A stretch of DNA of 63,931 nt from Tubiluchus corallicola (taxonomy: Eukaryota > Animalia > Priapulida): assembly GCA_030141605.1 (NCBI GenBank), contig JAQGDQ010001091.1, positions 1 through 63,931 of the forward strand. Reading direction: 5' to 3'. The position numbers and the translations under genes are program-made. Below, piece by piece: positions 54,778-63,931 of the stretch (positions are counted from its first letter, which is position 1; every line of letters starts with the position of its first letter). Below the pieces are notes generated by a model. The model was not told the origin of the DNA and searched no databases. It saw only the letters and a program-made list of their open reading frames with translations.

Positions 54778-55287
54778 TTAACTTGAGTGGCCGACGCCAG
54801 GGTCGCTAGCTTTACTAGGCGGTTATTATAAGAAAATGTTAATTTAGGATAGGCTGGATTAGACTACAATACAATAACTACAAGAAAGTTAAATTAGAAT
54901 CTATTTATGGATTTCACGACGTTCACGACGTCCACGCAGTAGCAGAATAGGTGCAATTAATTCTGGAGTCGTTAAAGTGCATGGGTTGAATATAGATTTG
55001 ATACGAAATATAAAGAGTATACGGCATCATAAGATCTTTTGTCACAATGCCAATCGGAGTAGCTGAGAGCTGGCATTATAAGAAAGAAGCCACTGGTAAT
55101 GCTTTATGAAAGAGCTAGCAACATGAAGATTTATAATAAATTATAATTAGGTGATTTATCATTACGATGTACTATAACTAGAATACAGGCAAAGACGTAT
55201 GCAAACATACTTGATAGCTCTAGGCAGGCATAGAAGAACACACGACAAATTAGATCTGCAGGTTAGGCAAAATCAGACTAAATCAGA

Positions 55288-56807
55288 GACTGAGTTACAG
55301 GCCTTTTCTGGTTACTACCTACTATGGTATACTACACTCATTTACAGACTGAGTTACAGGCCTTTTCTGGTTACTACATACTATGGTATACCACACTCAT
55401 TTACAGACTGAGTTACAGGCCTTTTCTGGTTACTACCTACTATGGTAAACCACACTCATTTACAGATGAGTTACAGGCCTTTTCTGGTTACTACCTACTA
55501 TGGTATACCACACTCATTTACAGACTGAGTTACAGGCCTTTTCTGGTTACTACCTACTATGGTATACCACACTCATTTACAGACTGAGTTACAGGACTTT
55601 TCTCGTTACTACATACTATGGTATACTACACTCATTTACACATGAGTTACAGACATTTTCTGGTTACTACATACTATGATATACCACACTCATTTACAGA
55701 CTGAGTTACAGGACTTTTCTCGTTACTACATACTATGGTATACTACACTCATTTACACATGAGTTACAGGCCTTTTCTGGTTACTACCTACTATGGTATA
55801 CCACACTCATTTACAGATGAGTTACAGGCCTTTTCTGGTTACTACATACTATGGTATACCACACTCATTTACAGATGAGTTACAGACATTTTCTGGTTAC
55901 TACGTACTATGATATACCACACTCATTTACACATGAGTTACAGACATTTTCTGGTCACTACATACTATGGTATACCACACTCATTTACAGATGAGTTACA
56001 GGCCTTTTCTGGTTACTACATACTATGGTATACTACACTCATTTACACATGAGTTACAGACATTTTCTGGTTACTACATACTATGGTATACCACACTCAT
56101 TTACGGATGAGTTACAGACATTTTCTGGTTACTACATACTATGGTATACCACACTCATTTACAGATGAGCTACAGGCCTTTTCTGGTTACTACATACTAT
56201 GGTATACCACACTCATTTACAGATGAGTTACAGGCCTTTTCTGGTCACTACATACTATGGTATACCACACTCATTTACAGACTGAGTTACAGGCCTTTTC
56301 TGGTCACTACATACTATGGTAAACCACACTCATTTACAGACTGAGTTACAGGACTTTTCTCGTTACTACATACTATGGTATACTACACTCATTTACACAT
56401 GAGTTACAGACATTTTCTGGTCACTACATACTATGGCATACCACACTCATTTACAGATGAGTTACAGGCCTTTTCTGGTTACTACATACTATGGTATACT
56501 ACACTCATTTACGCATGAGTTACAGACATTTTCTGGTTACTACATACTATGGTATACCACACCCATTTACACATGAGTTACAGGACTTTTCTGGTTACTA
56601 CATACTATGGTATACCACACTCATTTACAGACTGAGTTACAGGCCTTTTCTGGTTACTACATACTATGGTATACTACACTCATTTACACATGAGTTACAG
56701 ACATTTTCTGGTTACTACATACTATGGTATACCACACTCATTTACACATGAGTTACAGACATTTTCTGGTTACTACATACTATGGTATACCACACTCATT
56801 TACAGAC
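55288..56807. repeat. 58/59-bp minisatellite, ~26 copies
   Basis: unit gagttacaggccttttctggttactacatactatggtataccacactcatttacaga(c)t. Confidence 0.96.
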
Positions 56808-58149
56808 GAGTGGCAGATGTCCTCGGGCGAATAATCCATAATACGCACCTGCCACACTACAACGCGTTATCATTATTCCTAGCAAACCTGCAGTTTACAG
56901 GTCCTACGGGAAGCCAGAAATTTTAGCCTGAATTTCGCGCAGTGCATTCGTGCGCATGTAATATTTATCACAGTGCAATATAACGCAATTTTTACTCGTG
57001 CATTTAAGATCTATGCAACAGAAGACGTAAATACGCAAATTTATTCTGCGCAAAGTGCACGCACGTCAGGAATGAAAATTTGTATTAGAAATGTGGAGAG
57101 AAAGGTTATTTAAGCCACACTGAAAAGCGAAAGGAGAAAAAAGAAATGCACATTTCGAAAATTAAAAAGTGCGGCATGAGTGAGTTGAAGACTCTACAGA
57201 AAACGACAAAAAAGAAACACACGAAGAAATTAATGACGCAGAGTTGCAGAAAATATGATAAATGTAGATTAGATTTCAGTTGTGTTAACGAAGTAATAAT
57301 AGTTATTATGATATAAGGTACAGCAGAATTCAAGAAGCTACTTGCCTCCTGGCTTCTTGCCTGCTGCGCTATGCTCTAGTCACATTAACAAGTAACAATA
57401 CCTTTGTTGGCTTCCGTTGCATATTTTGTACGTAAAGTATAATGAAATTTATACCTTCCGCTTCTGTTTTCTCTTGTGATTAGAAAACGTTTTTGCCGCG
57501 CGACGAAAGCGGCAGCCGTACAAGTGGGAACGCCTTCGGAACATGCAAAGCTTCAGAAAAGAGGCTTTTGCGTTTTCTAGAAAACTAACGCGGCAAATCG
57601 AATTACACTTCACACAATTATTTACAGGAGGTCGCCACTTCGCCTTGTTTTACCTCTAACATTTCACGACAATCATGAACAAGTGTGAAAAACTCTATAA
57701 CTGGCTTTTCAGCACTAATTTGATCAGGTTCAAGAAACGGGAAAGAAATGAGGTGTAAATTGACTTACTGCCTGCGCATGGTTTCTTATGCTCTAGTCTG
57801 TGAAAACAAATGCTGGGCCTCAAAGTTTTATTTAAGAACATATAAACCGTGTCGCTTGAGAACAAACAGGCTCTTATTATTACAAAAACCGCTAGGAAAA
57901 TGATTTACATGATCTATCACATAGTATCTTTCCACCTCACAAAATAATAAAATTACAAAGCTCTGCATCATACAGTTGATGTTTCATGCTACAAGTTGAC
58001 ACAAGTAAAATCATTTTTTCTATTTTTTAGATTAACAAACCATGTCTGATCCTTTGCAGGGGTGTTCGGGATCGGAGATGTCACAATACCGACCCCCGAA
58101 CCCCGATCACGAACTAATTCTCAAGTGAACGCTCTTCCTGGACCCAGTT

Positions 58150-58526
58150 TTCGAACATTCAGTCCCATCACGAACCCCGTTCCCGAATATTCAGTCCCAT
58201 CACGAACCCTGTTCTCGAACATTCAGTCCCATCACGAACCCCGTTCCCGAACATACAGTCCCATCAAGAACCCCGTTCCCGAACATTCAGTCCCATCACG
58301 AATCCCGTTCCAGAACATTCAGTCCCATCACGAACCCCGTTCCCAAATATTCAGTCCCATCACGAACCCCGTTCCCGAACATTCAGTCCCACCACGAACC
58401 CCGTTCCCGAACATTCAGTCCCTTCACGAACCCCGTTCCCGAACATTCAGTCCCATCACGAACCCCGTTCCCGAACACTCAGTTCCATCACGAACCCCGT
58501 TCCCGAACATTCAGTCCCATCACGAA
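58150..58526. repeat. 32-bp minisatellite (~12 copies) inside a probable MITE (~58057-58570)
   Basis: unit cgaaccccgttcccgaacattcagtcccatca; imperfect inverted ends gttcgggatcggaga / tctcccgaccccgaac. Confidence 0.88.
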
Positions 58527-59046
58527 TCTCGTTTAATGCATCTCTCGTCTTCTCCCGACCCCGAACCTTAAGTTTATAACATTTAAAAAACAACGTTTAC
58601 TTCCGGTTTTTGACGCATGGCAAGAAAAATGAGTCACTTCCAAATTATTCATCACTGAAATTTCATGATAACATTTTGTAAGATTTTTTTAACCGTAACT
58701 GCATCGCGTGACTCCTTTCGGTGCAAATATAAGCAAATAACACCGAATAAAGTAATAACACGCAAAGCTTAACGTCCATGTACAAGATCTATACTGCTAT
58801 CTAACGATAACATGACTAGTATGGAGAAAAGCTTGGCACTTGGCTTTACAAACTGCCATAACAAATCATTCACGCAAACATCATGAAGAAGACCATGTCG
58901 CGAGTTTACCAATACAGTTCAATTAATGGGGGATTACTGATAAGAAACTAGACCACACATGACTGAACAAAATACACCACTTAACGGACAAAATTCCTCC
59001 ATAAATTACTGAGCCGGGTTTTCTTATAAAGAAGAATCTATCACAT

Positions 59047-59697
59047 GTTAAGAAGCTAGGCAGAAATCACATTTCGGGAAACCAGAAACATCATCTCTCG
59101 TCTACGACTATGATGAGCATGCTAGTTAAGAAGCTAGGCAGAAATCACATTTCGGGAAACCAGAAACAACATCTCTCGTCTACGACTATGATGAGCATGC
59201 TAGTTAAGAAGCTAGGCAGAAATCACATTTCGGGAAACCAGAAACAACATCTCTCGTCTACGACTATGATGAGCATGCTAGTTAAGAAGCTAGGCAGAAA
59301 TCACATTTCGGGAAACCAGAAACAACATCTCTCGTCTACGACTATGATGAGCATGCTAGCTAAGAAGCTAGGCAGAAATCACATTTCGGGAAACCAGAAA
59401 CAACATCTCTCGTCTACGACTATGATGAGCATGCTAGCTAAGAAGCTAGGCAGAAATCACATTTCGGGAAACCAGAAACAACATCTCTCGTCTACGACTA
59501 TGATGAGCATGCTAGTTAAGAAGCTAGGCAGAAATTACATTTCGGAGAACAAGAAACGTTGAGCATGCTACTTAACAAGCTAGGCAAAAATCACATTTCC
59601 CGAAACAAGCAACATCATCTCTCGTCTAAGACTATGAAGAGCATGCTACTTAAGAAGCTAGGCAGAAATTACATTTCCGGAAACAAGAAACATCATC
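59047..59697. repeat. 78-bp minisatellite, ~8 copies
   Basis: period 78 (59110, 59188...). Confidence 0.95.
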
Positions 59698-60704
59698 TGC
59701 GATCACTCTATTAAACACGCAACAAGTTGATTAATTTTAAGGTAGGGTCACATGAAATCAAATTACACCTTGCAGTAAACTGCAGTCGCCACCACATATC
59801 TTAACAAAATGGATCATTTCTAAAACTTTATGTCCCCCAAAAGTTTGCTCCAGACTGAGATGTGATAAGCGTGACAGCTGCAGAAATGTGACAAATCAGA
59901 CAATTATTGTCAAGCACACAAATTCTCAAAATCCTACAAATTCTCAAAATCCTATCAAGTACAAAAGTAAACTAGAGGAACACGAAAAATATCTGAATGG
60001 TTCAAAAGCAGAACAACTCAAGCAACGTAAGTTTAGCAGTGATTTAATAAATGACACTGAAGACAAAGATGCATATACTACGTTAATCAAGTAACTTTAG
60101 TACGGCCAAGACCCAACTGGTACAGCCATCCAATGAGATCGACATAGTGGAAACTACTGCTAAAACTTATTTTCTGAATTGACACGGATTGTAATTCTCA
60201 CTTGAAATTATATTGAATTTCTGCTAAAAACATAGCCACCATCATACAGACTAACAAAATTATGAATTTTAAGCCCGAAGGTTATTTTAACTAAAAATGT
60301 ATTTTTCCATTGATATGGACTGCAATTTTCACTTTTCAGAAAATCGACATACGTACAGAATGCCGCATTGTATTGACACAGATTGCAATTTACAATTAAA
60401 AAACCGCCTGATTAGCTTCAGCGATTTTAATCAATTCAATTAGTTTACATTGTTCACTTATAAATGCATTCCTCGCCATGCACCTGATAACTTGCCAGTG
60501 TGCCTATCGATTGGATGTTTCTGGTGGTCATTGATCACCTGCTAGCCGTAGGCAGTTTGCAGTGCTACTGAGTTGTGTGAATCTTCAAAAAAAATTGTAA
60601 ATATACAAATTAGCAACCGAATAGAACCGAATGTATCAAGTTCTTGGATTAATCCGGAACTGAGAAAAAGTGGCAACAAACGGAACCGAAAATTCTGTAG
60701 AACT

Positions 60705-62720
60705 CTACTACTCTTCTACTTTAACAGGTTTTTAATTCAGTAGAAATGAGTATTGAGCACATGCACTACTACACTTCTACTTTAACAGGTTTTTAATTCA
60801 GTAGAAATGAGTATTGAGCATATGCACTAGTACTCTTCTACATTAACAGGTTTTTAATTCAGTAGAAATGAGTATTGAGCATATGCACTACTACTCTTCT
60901 CCTTTAACAGGTTGCTAATTCAGTAGAAGTGAGTATTGAGCATATGCACTACTACACTTCTACATTAACAGGTTTTTAATTCAGTAGAAATGCGTATTGA
61001 GCACATGCACTACTGCTCTTCTACTTTAACAGGTTTTTAATTCAGTAGAAATGAGTATTGAGCATATGCACTACTACACTTCTACATTAACAGGTTTTTA
61101 ATTCAGTAGAAATGCGTATTGAGCATATGCACTACTACACTTCTACATTAACAGGTTTTTAATTCAGTAGAAGTGAGTATTGAGCATATGCACTACTACA
61201 CTTCTACTTAAACAGGTTTTTAATTCAGTAGAAATGAGTATTGAGCATATGCACTACTACTCTTCTCCTTTAACAGGTTGCTAATTCAGTAGAAATGAGT
61301 ATTGAGCATATGCACTAGTACTCTTCTACATTAACAGGTTTTTAATTCAGTAGAAATGAGTATTGAGCATATGCACTACTACTCTTCTCCTTTAACAGGT
61401 TTTTAATTCAGTAGAAATGAGTATTGAGCACATGCACTACTACACTTCTACTTTAACAGGTTTTTAATTCAGTAGAAATGAGTATTGAGCATATGCACTA
61501 GTACTCTTCTACATTAACAGGTTTTTAATTCAGTAGAAATGAGTATTGAGCATATGCACTACTACTCTTCTCCTTTAACAGGTTGCTAATTCAGTAGAAG
61601 TGAGTATTGAGCATATGCACTACTACACTTCTACATTAACAGGTTTTTAATTCAGTAGAAGTGAGTATTGAGCATATGCACTAGTACTCTTCTACTTAAA
61701 CAGGTTTTTAATTCAGTAGAAGTGAGTATTGAGCATATGCACTAGTACTCTTCTACTTAAACAGGTTTTTAATTCAGTAGAAATGCGTATTGAGCACATG
61801 CACTACTACACTTCTACTTAAACAGGTTTTTAATTCAGTAGAAATGAGTATTGAGCACATGCACTACTACACTTCTACATTAACAGGTTTTTAATTCAGT
61901 AGAAATGAGTATTGAGCACATGCACTACTACTCTTCTACTTAAACAGGTTTTTAATTCAGTAGAAATGAGTATTGAGCATATGCACTACTACACTTCTAC
62001 ATTAACAGGTTTTTAATTCAGTAGAAATGCGTATTGAGCATATGCACTACTACACTTCTACTTTAACAGGTTTTTAATTCAGTAGAAGTGAGTATTGAGC
62101 ATATGCACTACTGTTCTTCTACTTTAACAGGTTTTTAATTCAGTAGAAATGCGTATTGAGCATATGCACTACTACACTTCTACTTTAACAGGTTTTTAAT
62201 TCAGTAGAAATGAGTATTGAGCACATGCACTACTACACTTCTACATTAACAGGTTTTTAATTCAGTAGAAATGCGTATTGAGCATATGCACTACTACACT
62301 TCTACTTTAACAGGTTTTTAATTCAGTAGAAGTGAGTATTGAGCACATGCACTACTGTTCTTCTACTTTAACAGGTTTTTAATTCAGTAGAAATGCGTAT
62401 TGAGCACATGCACTACTACACTTCTACTTTAACAGGTTTTTAATTCAGTAGAAATGCGTATTGAGCATATGCACTACTACACTTCTACTTTAACAGGTTT
62501 TTAATTCAGTAGAAATGAGTATTGAGCACATGCACTACTACTCTTCTACTTAAACAGGTTTTTAATTCAGTAGAAATGAGTATTGAGCACATGCACTACT
62601 ACACTTCTACTTAAACAGGTTTCTAATTCAGTAGAAATGAGTATTGAGCACATGCACTACTACACTTCTACATTAACAGGTTTTTAATTCAGGAGAAATG
62701 AGTATTGAGCACATGCACTA
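60705..62720. repeat. 61-bp minisatellite, ~33 copies
   Basis: unit cttctactttaacaggtttttaattcagtagaaatgagtattgagcacatgcactactaca. Confidence 0.97.
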
Positions 62721-63499
62721 GCAACGCATACCATACAACAAGTAAAACAGCAAAAAGCAAACGCCAGAAAAAAGGAACTTTCATTAAAAAAATGATGAAG
62801 AATCACATTTCTAGAGATCCCATTCGGAGGTATAACCTTAACCTTTGCTGCAATGTCTGTGTGTTCATGGCAGACATTAAAGAGTAAATGATGGTGATCA
62901 ATTATTAAGCCCCCGCTATTTCTGTAATGCCGCTAGCGAAACTGGCAAGATGCTTGGGAAGAATCCGATCGATAGAGAGGTACTGAAATAGTCAGGTAAC
63001 ATCAGATCAACGACAAACAACTTACAAGATGCTTTATTGTCAGTACGATGCCACAGAATAAATAATAATAAATACCTGTGACTTGAAATACAAGATAGCT
63101 CTCCTGAGACTGGTCATCATTAAAAGGTGATGCCTCTTATAGTCTCAAAGATTATAATATTTATACAGTAGCTTTCGCGAGACTCTCAAGTTACCAGCAA
63201 TTTCTATTCGGCTGATGAGGCCCGCTAGGGCAAAAGCTACTTAACAAATATTATAATGAAGGGCATGAAGGGCAATGAAGAGACTATGAAGGGCATTGCA
63301 TTTTTCACTGTTAATAAACACACGTGTACATACTTGCTTTAGCATCAACACGACGACTAAAAATGTTTGGGGAATCGCAATAGCCTATAACTAAGCAATA
63401 AAACGTCTGAGAATTACTTCACTGTTGCTGCGAGTGTTACTAAGTTTATGACTAATCATCTCTTCTTTTCGCGCACTGTCGCACGTCATTGGGCTAGAA

Positions 63500-63931
63500 G
63501 AGAACCGAGGAATTGGCAAAAGAACAGAAAGTGAAAAAACTATGTCCAAAAAGCCATTGGGCTAAGAAATATAAAGTGGTTTGCATGTTATCCATTTGTA
63601 CCACAATACTTATAACCCCATAAATATTGCAAGGACCATAGTTTTAGAGAAGAACCGAGGAATTGGCAAAAGAACAGAAAGTGAAAAAACTATGTCCAAA
63701 AAGCCATTGGGCTAAGCAATATAAAGTGGTTTGCATGTTATCCATTTGTACCACAATACTTATAACCCCATAAATATTGCAAGGACCATAGTTTTAGAGA
63801 AGAACCGAGGAATTGGCAAAAGAACAGAAAGTGAAAAAACTATGTCCAAAAAGCCATTGGGCTAAGCAATATAAAGTGGTTTGCATGTTATCCATTTGTA
63901 CCACAATACTTATAACCCCATAAATATTGCA
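63500..63931. repeat. 150-bp tandem repeat running off the window edge
   Basis: agaaccgagg at 63501, 63651 and 63801. Confidence 0.93.

Noticed and set aside
58062-59562. Pro-rich 169-aa and 150-aa repeat ORFs
   Set aside because: Derived from the 32-bp and 78-bp tandem repeats.
60135-60165. FHYVDL on the - strand resembling the missing CaMKII exon (FHYLVFDL)
   Set aside because: No matching upstream residues or donor; the true exon is presumably outside the window.

Overview
AT-rich, intron-rich eukaryotic (invertebrate animal) DNA, not prokaryotic. Two genes lie tail-to-tail. On the + strand is an intronless HAUS4 (augmin subunit 4) CDS at 2735-3631. On the - strand is a CaMKII gene, of which 13 GT-AG exons (51991 down to 10077; 1162 nt, one open frame) can be read directly, covering the kinase C-lobe, regulatory segment, linker and hub; its first exons lie beyond the right edge. 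The introns hold at least 17 unrelated minisatellites, many MITEs (Tc1, pogo/Tigger, hAT, piggyBac) and LINE 3' ends, and nearly all long ORFs in the track are repeat artefacts. The most interesting signals are candidate extra CaMKII exons: a proline-rich linker cassette, 39- and 24-nt cassettes, an internal first exon (MAAQQR) that would give a kinase-dead subunit, and a possible truncating terminal exon. Also notable are inverted MITE pairs around exons and minisatellites that multiply RFX/CSL motifs or splice signals. All of these are sequence-only predictions.
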